A stretch of 64,000 nt of DNA from Malacoraja senta (lineage: Eukaryota): contig JAXLNO010000309.1 in the NCBI GenBank assembly GCA_038087875.1, positions 1 through 64,000 on the forward strand, given 5' to 3'. The position numbers and the translations under genes were made by a program. This document shows positions 38,060 through 49,825 of this stretch, piece by piece. Numbering within the stretch: the first letter of the stretch is position 1; every line of letters begins with the position of its first letter. The notes beneath the pieces are model-generated. The model had not been told where the DNA came from, searched no databases, and saw nothing but the letters and a program-made list of their open reading frames with translations.

Positions 38060-38925
38060 CGGTGGGCGGCGCGACTCTCGTTTGCAGCCGCCTCTGCCTT
38101 TTGTCCGTCTGTCTTTTTATTATTTTTGTCTCGTTTTTATGTGGTTTTTTTTTGTTTTTTTTGTCGGGGTATGTGTGTGGGAGGGTGGGGGTGGGGGGGG
38201 GGAAACTTTAAAATCTTTCCCCTGCACGGGAGACTAGACCTTTTCTTTGTCGGGTTGCCGTTGTCGTTGGGGCTGGGCAACGTGGAGCGGCCTCCAGCAG
38301 GAACGACCTGGGGCTCCAGTTGCGGAGCTGCGGACTACTCACCGTCACGGGGCTGGCCGAGTCCGGAGCGGGTGGAGCTGTGGTGGAGACAATCGCTGCT
38401 GCTACCCGACCTCCGGAGATTCGGAGGCTACAACCGCGGGTCTGGCGGACGGCAACACCGGAAGCCCGCGGGCCCCCTGGTGGGAGACCGCTTTTCGGGG
38501 CTTCCGCAGCGGCGACTTCTCCCGCCCGAGTTGCGGGGTTGAAGAGCACCTGGAGCGGGGCTTTATCCCCCCGCGTGGCTTGGAATGGCCGCCGGACTTT
38601 GCGAGCGCACGCCGGGGCTCTAACACCAAGACCCTGCATTAACCGGCGTGGCTTTAATGGCCGCGGGATAATCACCATCGCCCGCCGGGGGCTTTGACTT
38701 TGACTCTGACATCGGGGGGGGGGGGGGGGGGGGGAGTGCAGTGGACAGATACGTTTTTTTGCCTTCCATCACAGCGCTGTGATGGATGTATGTGTAAATT
38801 GTGTTGTGTCTTGGGTCTTCTTCGTTTTGTAATGTATGGCTGCAGAAACGACATTTCGTTTGGACCTCAAGGGGTCCAAATGACAAATTTGTCCAAAAGA
38901 CAAAAAAAAAGACAAATAAATTGTA
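38060..38925 (+). mobile_element. GC-rich non-autonomous retroposon with a LINE-type 3' tail (related - strand copies at about 37180-37515, 47220-47505, 62848-63310)
   Basis: CpG-rich body, G21 run at 38714-38734, shared segment ccttccatcacag..gatg and an ...atttcgtt...aatgaca..aataaa tail; no coherent ORF. Confidence 0.6.
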
Positions 38926-39924
38926 ATTCCTACACATTTGGGCCAGGCCAGCCCACAGGTCCAATAGCGATACACCAGATATGTAACACGGCTGGTAATC
39001 CTGGGGCCTGAACTAACAGTTTAAAGATCTGAGTTCAGTACAGTACAGGAGCAGACCCTTCAGCCCACAATGTCCATGCTGACAATGAAGCCAAGATACA
39101 CTAATCTCCTCTGCCTGAAACCTATACCTCCATTCTCTGCATCTCCATGTGCCTCTCTCAAAGTCTCTTAAATCCCAATATAGTGTCTGCCTCCACCATC
39201 TCCCCCAGCAACATGTTCCAGGCATCCTCTGTGTTAAAAACAACTTGCCCCGTACATATTTTTAAACTTCATCCCTCTCACCTTAAAGCCACGTCCTGTG
39301 GTCCTCCACATTTTCACCCTGGGGAAAGAAGGTTATGAATGTCTACCCTCTCTCTGCCTTCCATCATTTTAAGCATTGCTATCAGCTTCAAATCACACTA
39401 TGGAAACTGTGTAATTTAAATTCAGTTCATAATTTGGAATTTAGCAACAACTGGCCTCCATTAAGGTGACCACAAAATAAATGCAGATTGTGCTAAAATC
39501 CCTTCAGGTTTGTTGATGCCCCTCATCACAGTAGATCTGCCATCCTTATCCAGCTTTCGTGAGGCCAGACTGACTACTGTGGTTCAAATGAGAAAGTGTT
39601 GCAGCAACTCAGTGGGTCAGCGGCAGCTGTGGAGGAAACGGACAGGTGACGTTTCTGGTCAGGACCCTTCTTCAGACTCATTCAGACTGATTCAACAAGT
39701 CTGTAGAAGTTTCTCAACCTGAAACATCGCCCGTCCATTCCCTTCACAAATGTTGCCTCATCTGCTCAGTTCCTCCAGTACTCTGTGCTCAGGACAACAT
39801 TCCAGCATCTGTTGTTCCTTGTCTGGATGGTCCCTAAATGTTATGTGAGATGCTCCAGTAAGGGCAGTAAATGGTGGCCTTAACAGCAATGCCGGAGTAG
39901 GTGAAATCTGCGATGCAGGCATTG

Positions 39925-41452
39925 ACACTGTCGCAGCTGGTAAGGCAGATGCCTCACAGCGCCAGAGACCCGGGTTCGATCCTGTCCTCGGCTGCTGTCT
40001 GTGTGGAGTTTGCACGTTCTCCCTGTGACCACATGAGTTTCCTCCATCTGCGCTGGTTTCCTCCCACATCCCAAAGACGTGCAGGTTTGTCGGCTCGTTG
40101 AGCTCTGCAAATTGCCGTTAGTTTGTAGGGAGTGGATGAGAAAGTGGGATAACTAGAATTAGTGTGAATGGGTGATCGATGGTCTGCATGGACGCGGCAG
40201 GTCAAAGGTCAATTTCCATGCTGTATCTCTTTAACCTCTACGCTGTTGCAAGGTTATGTCAGTGAGTGAGCGATAGAGTCACATCAGCGCTCTCCCCAAC
40301 CTCCAAGTGTTGTGCCTCAAGGGAGGGAAGTGGGGAGAGAAGGCAGGCGGGAATGTCTGATAAATAATGGCTATTCCTGATAGTATAGAAGATATATACA
40401 TCCATATAGTTTAGGATTAGAAAGGGTACACAGTCAGCACTTTTACCTGAGTGGAAATATCAAAGAGTTTGAAAGTATCTGTAGTGACCCCCCTCCCCCA
40501 CCCTCTTCAGCTATATCCACCTATCACCTGGGATGCATGGTGGCGCAGCGGTTGAGTTCCTGCCTTACAGCTCCAGAGTCCTGGGTTCGATCCTGACTAC
40601 GGGTGCTGTCTGTATATAGTTTGTACATTCTCCCTGTGACCGCGTGGAGTTTCCAACCACATTACAAAGACGTGCAGGTTTGTAGCTTAATTGTATTGTG
40701 TGAATTGTCCCCATTGTGTAGGATGGAACTAGTACGGGTGACCAGTGGTTGACGTGGACTCGTTGAGCCGAAGGGCCTGTTTCCACGATGTATCTCTAAA
40801 ATAGACTGAACTAAATCACTTGCTGGGCTCTGTGCCATCCCACCTCCCTCTTCCAGCCAGCGGGCATAACTGAATGGTGAGATGGGCAACATTTAAAGGT
40901 GATGTGCGGGCCACATATTTTACACGGAGGGTGGTGGGTACCTGGAATCTGCTGCCAGCGGTGGTGGAGACAGATGTGACAGTGGTGTTTTGGATGTGCA
41001 CATGGATATGTAGGGATATGGATAACATGTAGGAGGAGAAGCTTAGTTTAACTTGGCATCATGTTCAGCATGAATACGGTAGACAGTTCTTGTGCTATAT
41101 TGCTATATGTTCTAAATGTGATATGTTCGAGGCGGCACGGTGGCGCAGTGGTAGAGTTGCTGCCTTACAGTTCTTGCAGCGCCACAGACCCGGGTTCTAT
41201 CCCGACTACGGGTGCTGTCTGTACGGAGTGTGTACGTTCTTCCTGTGACCGCGTGGGTTTTCTCCGAGATCTTCGGTTTCCACCCACGCTACAAAGATGT
41301 ACAGGTTTGTAGGTTAATTGGCTTTGTGTTTGTGTAAAATTATTCCGAGTGTGTGTAGGATAGTGTTAATGTGCAGGGATCGCTGGTCAACGCGGACTCG
41401 GTGGGCTGAAGGGCCTGTTTCAGCGCCATATCTCCAAACTAAACTAAAGTAA
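39925..41452 (+). mobile_element. three tRNA-derived SINE copies (about 39925-40232, 40531-40816, 41131-41452)
   Basis: each has the B-box, gtgctgtctgt core and ggcctgtttcc tail. Confidence 0.82.
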
Positions 41453-41683
41453 AGAGAAAACGGGTAATGTTTCAGATCTGCGGCCTGTGTTCAGAACTGA
41501 GCAAAAAGGAAACAGCATCTTCTGACATTATCCACTTTTATTTTAGATATCCAGCACCTGCAGTTTCCTGTTACATTTTCATTTACTGTGCATGAATGTA
41601 TATTAACCAACCACTGAATGTGTCAAAATGTTTGATTGGCAAATCGCGTGGATTCACCATGCAGACTTTTTTCTCCTCTTCAG

Positions 41684-42207
41684 TCCCAATCAAACTAAAG
41701 CTGAATCTGGACACTGCGCATCCGAGACTCATCCTGTCCAGTGACCTGACAGCCATCAGACTTGGTGCTAAGCAGAAGGTCCCTGATAAACCAGAGCGAT
41801 TTGTGCAGTGGCACGGTGTCCTGGCATCTCAGGGCTTCAATACTGGGAGCCACTACTGGGAGGTCGAGGTCGGAAGGAACACCATGTGGAGTGTGGGAGC
41901 GGTAAAAGCATCGGTACTGAGGAAAGCAGAGTTCACACCGGAACCAAAATCCGGTGCCTGGGTATTGTGGCGTCTGGGAGAGGAATATACCACTATGTCT
42001 TCACCACGTACTGCCCTCCCTGTTCCAGTCAAACCCCAGAGATTGGGCATCTACCTGAACTATGAGGCTGGCCAGGTGACACTGTACAATGCCAATGACA
42101 TGTCACATCTGTACACTTTCAGGGACAAATTCACTGAGAAACTCTATCCTTTCTTCTTAACGGGTTGCAACATTGATTCATTGCAAGTAGTCCACTTGCA
42201 TATATAG
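41684..42207 (+). CDS. TRIM-B last exon, B30.2/PRY-SPRY domain
   Basis: polypyrimidine tract plus cag acceptor; LNLDTAHPRLILSSD, PERF, GFNTGSHYWEVEV, LGIYLNYEAGQVTLYNA and FTEKLYPFF motifs; TAG at 42205-42207. Joined exons give 468 aa if the extra C in exon 1 is removed. Confidence 0.94.
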
Positions 42208-42357
42208 GTTTATTTGGTGAACGTGCAGCCAACCTTTATGGGGAGACACTTGAAACGGCCCTACTTCCAGGAGTTATCAACGTTAATCAGTGAGTTCCAA
42301 CACCATCTCTACCTGCAAACTGATATTTATAGTGTTTAACTCCATATTTAAATATCT

Positions 42358-42860
42358 ACTAGATGGCCGGGGGACCCATTGGGTCCCTGTCACACGGAAG
42401 CCCCGTTCCGCCAACACAATATTCCACCACACTGCACATGCACGGCTGACGGGCCCGCACTGTGCAGGCGCAAATGCCGTGTTCAAAGTTGTGCCATTGA
42501 CGGCAGAAATTAAGTTAAAGTTAATAAAGTGAATAGAGAACCGGTGGAGCAGCTTGTAAAATAGAACAAAACTTACCCGTGGAGCCGTTGGGTCCCTGTT
42601 GTGAGGCCAGGCAAATGCGCGCGAACCCATTGGATGTCAAGATGGCGGTGGGCCAACTGCGCAGGCGCGGACCCGTTGGGTTCCCATTGTGACGTTGTGA
42701 CGTCAAACGCGGCTGATGGGCAGGGCGTGGAAAAGTGTTTTTCGTACATTTTAAAATGTCAATAACTTGTAAAATATAACATAAATCTGAATGAAACTTG
42801 TTTCATTTACATCGCAGGACAATGGTGAATAAGGTGGGCCAAAAATTGGACGTCTACTTT
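42358..42860 (-). mobile_element. Helitron-like non-autonomous element (3' end) downstream of the TRIM-B stop
   Basis: the - strand ends in CTAG|T (42358-42362), preceded 8 nt earlier by the GC-rich hairpin GGGACCCA-T-TGGGTCCC (42371-42387); the hairpin motif recurs at about 42580-42597 and 42669-42686. Confidence 0.6.
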
Positions 42861-43187
42861 TCTCAACTTAAATATGCACAAATTCTGGAATGCTAATAAA
42901 AGATCAGCAAATCTATAGGCTTCAAAGCTAATTATAAGAAGTTAACATGAAGGAGACTTCACAGGCTAGTTAAAAGAAGGCTCTGAAATCAATTATAAAA
43001 AGTTAATGTGAAGAACTCTTTTAGCTCGTCTGATATTGAGTTACTATGTTCCTAAGCGTGTGTGTATAGGTGATCACAAATCGGCATGAACTCTATTGGC
43101 CGAAGGGCCTGTTTCCATGCTGTATCATTCAATTCAATTCAATAAATAATCTGCAACTTAGTCTAGGTTTTGTCCAAATGAATCATT

Positions 43188-43456
43188 GGCGGCACAGGGG
43201 CGCAGCGGTAGAGTTGCTGCTTTACAGCGACAGAAAGCCAAGTTTAATCCTGATTATGGGCGATGTCTGTGTGGAGATTGTACATTCTCCCCGTGACCGC
43301 ATGGGTGCTCCAGTCTCCTTCCACGTCTCAATGACATGTAGGTTTGTAGGTTTATTGGCCTCTAAATTGTCCCTCGTGTATAGGATAGAACTAGTGTATG
43401 GGTGATGGTGATCGGTATGGACTGTTTACACGCTGTATCTCTAAACTAATCTAAAC
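43188..43456 (+). mobile_element. tRNA-derived SINE
   Basis: GGCGGCACAGGGGCGCAGCGGTAGAG head, core and tail. Confidence 0.8.
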
Positions 43457-43835
43457 ATCACATTTCTCCTTATTTCAATTGTAAATTCAGAGTTAATTCT
43501 GATAAACTACCGATGTCCTCTTTAAACCTGTTACAAAATCCTCCTCATAGTTTAGCATATTAATTTCAAAGGAATGCTTTGAATTTTGACACGAGCAAAT
43601 AAATCTACAAATTAATTTATTCTTTGCATTTGCTCCTGTTATCCAATTTGGTGACTGTGGTGCAAAATTAACTGACAATCTTGCCTCATAACTATTTCAT
43701 TTGTCATTCAAAAAAACTAAGTCTGCATGTGAAGGAACAATACATCAATTGAACGTAAACTATGAACAGATTTATCAATAAATGCATAATATTAGTTGCA
43801 TTCGTTGCTTTCAAGTTTGGGAACAATCGTTTTAG

Positions 43836-45320
43836 ACATAGAAACGTGGAAAATAGGTGCAGGTGGAGGCCATTTGGCCCTTCGAGCCTGCACCTTCTTT
43901 TATTGTGATCATGGCTGATCATCCACAATCAGTAATCCGTGCCCGCCTTCTCCCCACATCCCTTGATTCCGCTAGCCCCTGGAGCTCTATCTAACACTTT
44001 AAAATTCATTCAGTGAATTGACCTCCACAGCCTTCTGTGGCAGAGAATTCCACAAATTCACAACTCTCTGGGTCAATAAGTTGTTTTCTCATCTCAGTTC
44101 TAAATGGCCTCCCCTTTATTCTTGGACTGTGGCCCCTTGTTCTGGACTTTCCCATCATTGGGAACATTTTTCCTGCATCCAGCTTGTCCAGTCCTGTTAT
44201 AATTTTATACATTTTTATAAGATCCCCTCTAATCCTTCTAAATTCCAGTGAATACAAGTCCCCTCTTTCCAATCTTTCTTCATATGACAGTCCCGCCAAC
44301 CCGGGCATTAACCTCGCGAATCTAGTTGCACTGCTTCACTATCAAGGATGTCCTTCCTCAAATTAGGAGATCAAAACTGCACACAATACTCCAGATGTGG
44401 TCTCACCAGGGTCTTGTGTAACTGCAGTAGGACCTCCTTGGTCCTAAACTCAAATCCTTTCGCAATGAAGGCCAACATGCAATTGGCTTTCTTCACTGCC
44501 TGTTGTACCTGCATTCTTACTTTCAGTGACTGATGTACAAGCACACATGGTCTCGTTGTACCTCCCCTTCTCCTATTCTGACACCATTCAGATAATAATC
44601 TGCCCTCCTGTTCTTGCCACCAAAGTGGATAACCTCGCATGTATCCACATTATGCTGCATCTGCCATGCTTCTACCCACTCACCCAACCTATCCAAGTCA
44701 CCCTGCAGCCTCATAGCATCCTCCTCGCACCTCACACTGCCACCCAGCTTTGTGTCATCCGCAAAGTTAGAAATGTTACATTTAATTCGCTCGTCTAAAT
44801 CGTTAACATATATTGTAAACAACTTGGGTCCCAGCACCGAGCCTTGCGGCACCCCACTGGTCACTACCTGCCATTCTGAAAAGGACCCGTTAATTCCTAC
44901 TCTTTGCTTCCTGTCTGCCAACCAGTTTTCTATCCATGTCAATACCCTAGCCCCAAAACCATGTTCTCTCATTTTGCACACTAATCTCCTGTGTGGAACC
45001 TTGTCAAAGGCATTTTGAAAGTCCAGATACACCGTGTCCACTGGCTCTCTCTTATCCATTCTACTTGTTACGCCATCAAAAAATTCCAAAAGGTTAATTA
45101 AGCGTGATTTCCTCTTTTTAAATCCATGCTGACTTTTCAGATCCCGTCACTGCTTTCCAAAAGCGCTGCTATAACATCTTTAATAATCGACTCCAGCAGT
45201 TTCCCACTACCGATGTAAAGCTAAAAAGTCTATAATTCCCCGTATTCTCTCTCCCTTCTTTCTTAAAGAGGGGTTACATTGGCTACCCTCCAGTCCACAG
45301 GAACTGATCCAGAGTCGAGA
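43836..45320 (-). mobile_element. 5'-truncated CR1 LINE
   Basis: ORFs 44523..45089, 44371..44640 and 44006..44308 carry RT motifs (YLDFQNAFD, GVPQGSVLGP, FADD) in shifted frames; tail at about 43836. Confidence 0.92.
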
Positions 45321-45539
45321 CGCATCATAGCATCAACACACAGTAAATTCCGTAAATATACATTAAAAATTCCAGAAGTTAAAGCTTGATATTACTTCTG
45401 TGCATCGTAGGAGAATTGTGACAAACAGATGAAGTGACCATTAGTTATCGGGTTGAGTACAATGTTAGACATCTTAGCCGGCTGACGTTTCAGATCTCTT
45501 CACACATTAATCGCGGTAATTGAAGAGTTAAATTAATTC

Positions 45540-45555
45540 GCGCCATCTAGTGGCA
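45540..45555 (-). promoter_or_regulatory. CTCF-type binding motif
   Basis: - strand reads TGCCACTAGATGGCGC, matching the CTCF core consensus CCASYAGRKGGCRS, in apparently non-repeat DNA. Confidence 0.6.
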
Positions 45556-46714
45556 TCGAGGATGTGATGGACGCACCAACAGACCAGTTCGCCAGAATTT
45601 GGAAAAGACAAACGAATCTGATTAAGTTGCAAGGAGGCTGGGAAATATTAGCTCTGTCTCCTTTCCCACGGGTGAAGCCTGGTCGGTACCTTTATATCAG
45701 ATTTTATATTTCAGATTTCATATTTACCGCATGTTCTATTATTTTCACCCAACATCCTCCCGGCGCTAAGCACCTATAGGTGTAATTAGAAACTAATCGC
45801 ACTTTATTCTTGCCTCAATACAATCAATTCGCTCTCCAGATGCAACCACGCACTACTGACATCTTGCCTGTTAATTTACTAATCCGCATGTCTCTAGGAT
45901 GCGAGGAACGGACGGAAGCGAAACTCCCGGGAAAACCCACGCATTCACATGGAGAAGGTGCAAACTTCATGGAGACAGTCGGAGGTCAGGATCGAAACTG
46001 GGTCGCTGTACCCGTGTGGTGACATCACTTGGAGTTATGTAGCTCGACTAGCTGACAAATACTACCGTCGTTCTATCCGTGGCATTTGAAATGCTAATGG
46101 AACTGAAATGTTGTCATGCTATGTGTATCCACGACCACCTCTACAATGCATCCAGATTTTGCGCATTATATTCCTGAAATCCACTTTAAATGTCCTACAC
46201 CTCACGATAAACCTTTACTCCCTAGTAATAGACATATCTGTCCTCTGCCACTTCTGTTCATAACCCCCACCCCGCGCCGTTCCAATTTTACATAGGTCTA
46301 AGAGCCTCCCCCAGCATAATCCACTCTAAAGGAAACGCCGCTGCTTATCCACCTCACCTCATAGACGAGATAATCCACCCTAGGCAAACATCTTGGTAAA
46401 TCACCAAAACTACATCTTCATTCAGATTGGCGACCAGAACTGTGCACGGAATTCCACCGGCGGCCTACACACGTGTCATATATTTGCTCGATATCCTACT
46501 TCCATTCATATTCTGCGGCTGGTCTACGAACCCCAAGCACCTCCCTACTTTCTTATGTGCTGGGAGGAACTGCGGGTGCTGATTGAAACCGAAGATAGAC
46601 ACAAAATGCTGAGGAACTCAGCGGGACAGGCAGCAACTCTGGAGAGAAGGCATGGGTGACGTTTCGGATCGGGACCCTTTGTCAGACTGGGGTCAGTCCC
46701 GTTTGATGGCGGAA

Positions 46715-46723
46715 GTGTGTGTA

Positions 46724-46756
<33 letters not shown>

Positions 46757-46874
46757 GTGTGTGTGTGTGTATGTGCGTGTGTGTGTGTGCGTGTGTGTGT
46801 GTGCGTGTGTGTGTGTGCGTGTGTGTGTGTGCGCGCGCGTGTGTGTGTGTGTATGTGCGTGTGTGTGTGTGTGC

Positions 46875-46913
<39 letters not shown>

Positions 46914-47004
46914 TGTGTATGTGCGTGTGTGTGTATGTGTGTGTGCGTGCGTGCGTTCGTGTGTGTGTGTGTGTATGTGTGTGTGTGTGCGCGCGTGTGT
47001 GTGA

Positions 47005-47036
<32 letters not shown>

Positions 47037-47180
47037 GTGTGTGTGTGCGTGTATGTGTGTGTGTGTGTGTATGTGTGTGTGTGTGCGTGCGTTCGTGTGT
47101 GTGTGTGTGTGTGTGCGTGTGTGTGTGCGCGTGTGTGTGTGTGTGTGTGTGTGTGCGTGCGTTCGTGTGTGTGTGTGTGG
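46715..47180. repeat. compound (GT)n/(GC)n microsatellite, about 465 bp
   Basis: directly visible alternating purine-pyrimidine tract. Confidence 0.98.
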
Positions 47181-48263
47181 CTTCGTATGTGTATTGTGTG
47201 AGACTGTGTATCTATGTTTCAAGGTTCAAGGTTTCAAGGTCAGTTTATTGTCACATGTACCAATTAAGGTCCAATGAAATTCGAGTTACCAAACAGCCAA
47301 ACTGAGGGAAAAGCAACAAAACACACAACCACATAAAAGTTAACAGAAACATCCCTCACATTGGATTCCATATTCCTCACTGTAATGGAAGGCAATAAAG
47401 TTCAATCTGCTTCCTCTTGTTCACGCGCTCCCGGGGCAGTCAAACCATTCGCAGCCGAGTCGGTCAAAGCCCCCGCAGCCGACGATAGAAGCCCCCGTCG
47501 GGGTGATCGACTCAGGAGTGTGTATATTTCTCGATGTGTAAATGTGTGCGTGTTCCTCGTGCACATGTGTAGGGAAGACATGTAGCGCTATGGCAAGAAA
47601 TGATGTTACATAAAAGCATTCACGAAGGAAATAGTACTGAATATCACAAATGAGAAACAAAACAGAATTAGTGCACTAGAAGCCTCTGGAGAAAAGTAGT
47701 TGGTGGCGTTTCGGTTGGAGACCCTGCTTCAGAAAAGAGACTGAAAAATATTCTCGACCCGAAATGTAATCTGTGCCTTTTTCCCCAGAGACGCTGCCTG
47801 ACCCGTTGAGTTACACGAGCATGTCGTGTCTGTCTTCAGTGTAAACCAGCACCTGCAGTTCCTTCCTGCACATTGTAGACCTCGACGTCTTTCACCCTTC
47901 TTAGCACATAGAACAGTAAAGCATAGGAACAAGTCACTCAGCGAAAATGTTCCCTGCTGAACATGATGCCAAGCTGAACTAAACTCGCACGTGTGTCATA
48001 TGCCTTTATTTCCTGCACATCCACCTGCCTATCTGAAAATAGTTTAATGCCCCATCATGTCTGTTACCACGACCATCAACGACAGCGCGTTTCAAACGCC
48101 TACCACTCTCTGCGTGGAAAACGTGCCCAACACATTTCGCTTAGACTTTGCCCAGAAGGCGAAACATTATTCAGTCATCAGAAAACAAAGAATGGATGTA
48201 ATCTGATGTAATTTAAAAAACGCTGGGGCAGGTTGTCAGGTTCATTGATTTTAATGCAACATC

Positions 48264-48320
48264 TTTATTTCTTGCAATGAGATGGAAATATGAAGATTAC
48301 ACTGTGTCGATCGCTTTATT
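48264..48320 (-). terminator. two candidate polyadenylation signals for the GPCR gene
   Basis: TTTATT on + (AATAAA on -) at 48315-48320 and 48264-48269, 150-200 nt past the stop codon. Confidence 0.4.
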
Positions 48321-48470
48321 TCACGGCAGCTTACAAACTGAACCGAGAAAATTGACGCAAAAATAGCAGGTAAACGAGGAGTCCTATTCCATGAGTCCAC
48401 TCTGGGTGAAATCGAGAGCATAGAACAGCACGATCTTGTGGAAGAATAAAGCGAAGGGCAGCGTCACATC

Positions 48471-49387
48471 TCATCTGGTTCCAGACCACTGCCGCGCCAG
48501 TTTCATAGGTTTACTAACAACCCCAGTTAAATATCTAACCGCGTTTTTCACTTCCTGTCTGAACCTACTCTGGGTCATCCCATAGATACAAGTGTTCGCG
48601 CAGGAGCTGATGTGCATGAGCAAGACGCCCACTTCATTGGCGAGGTAAGAGGGGCTTGTTTGATCCCCGCCCACGAAGTTCTCTGTGACACGAGTGGAAA
48701 TGTAGGTCACAGTTGACGTTGTCCACAGCAGTATGTAGGCGCCGGACACCGTGAACAGTAAAATAATGGACTTTGTCCGTTTCTCTGTCTCAGTGTCCTT
48801 GCCATCCAGTGCCTTCAGGCGCCGGCGGACTCTGCTGGCCGCAACGATGTTCCTGACCGTCAACCCGTTAAACAATAGAACCAGAAGGAAGGGGAGGAAG
48901 GAGAGAGAGATGCTGCACATCCACGAGAAAGACACACACCAGATGGAGGTGAAGTAGGCGGGTTTGGGTCGGCATCCCCACTTGACACTGTCCATAGTGA
49001 AGCGTGACTCGTACATGAAGTTAAAGGGGATGTACTTTATGCAGCACAGCGCGCACATTGACACAATGACCACGGCGGCCGTCCTATCCGTGCAATAGAT
49101 GAGTCTCAGCTTCGGGCAGCAAATGCTGACAAAACGGTCAAAGGTGAAGGACACTGTTAACCAGACGGAATAGTCCACAGTGACGATCCGCAGGTACACA
49201 TTAGAAGGACAAACTGCGCTAAGGGAGAGGAAGGAGTTAGGGACGTAGTAAATGTAGATTTCCCGGAGTAACACGTGTAAGATTATAACGAGAAGGTCGG
49301 AGATTGCCATCGCCACCATGTAACGGGTGATTCCTCTGGAGAGCCCGCACTTTCCCCGGTGTAGGATCGCAGCCGTCAGCACGTTCG
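48471..49387 (-). CDS. orphan rhodopsin-class GPCR exon 2 ('GPR139-like' family); full protein about 328 aa
   Basis: ttccttcag acceptor; ORF 48471..49382 with hydrophobic TM segments, TM2 MAISDLL, TM3 FTFDRFVSICCP, TM5 LPF, TM7 SCANTCIY and helix 8 FRQEV. The family label comes from recalled annotation of similar chondrichthyan genes, not demonstrated orthology. Confidence 0.9.
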
Positions 49388-49575
49388 CTGAAGGAAGAAC
49401 AAAAATGCAATGGAATTAATATTTGAATGGAACCATCATTTAATGGAATTAAGATTAGGTTTGGGGGCTGCAAGAAAGCATGAGGGGATCAGATACGGTG
49501 AATGGACAAGAGCCACGTGATATCGAGTTAGAGTCGAGAATAAATGGGGCATTGGGGTAAAGTCTATTTTAATGG

Positions 49576-49825
49576 GGAGTCTTATTCCACGAGTCCGTTC
49601 TGGGTGAAATCGAGAGCACAGAACAGCACGATCTTGTGGAAGGATAAAGCGAAGTCCGCGTCACATCCCAAGTCTGGTTCCAGGCCACTGCGGCGCCAGT
49701 TTCTTGGGTTTACTAATAACCCCGGTTAAATATTTAAGCGCGTTCTTCACTTCCTGTCTGAACGTACTCTGGATCATCCTATAGATATACGCGTTGGAAC
49801 ACGGGCATAAACAAGGGATGTACTT
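49576..49825 (-). pseudogene. intronic fragment of a GPCR paralog (KYIP joined to end of TM7, C-tail and 3'UTR)
   Basis: closely matches 48378-48604; translates as ...KYIPCLCPCSNAYIYRMIQSTFRQEVKNALKYLTGVISKPKKLAPQWPGTR versus SCANTCIYGMTQSRFRQEVKNAVRYLTGVVSKPMKLARQWSGTR in the intact gene. Confidence 0.85.

Noticed and set aside
46545..47305. Long ORFs rich in HT or VC repeats
   Set aside because: Translations of the (GT)n microsatellite
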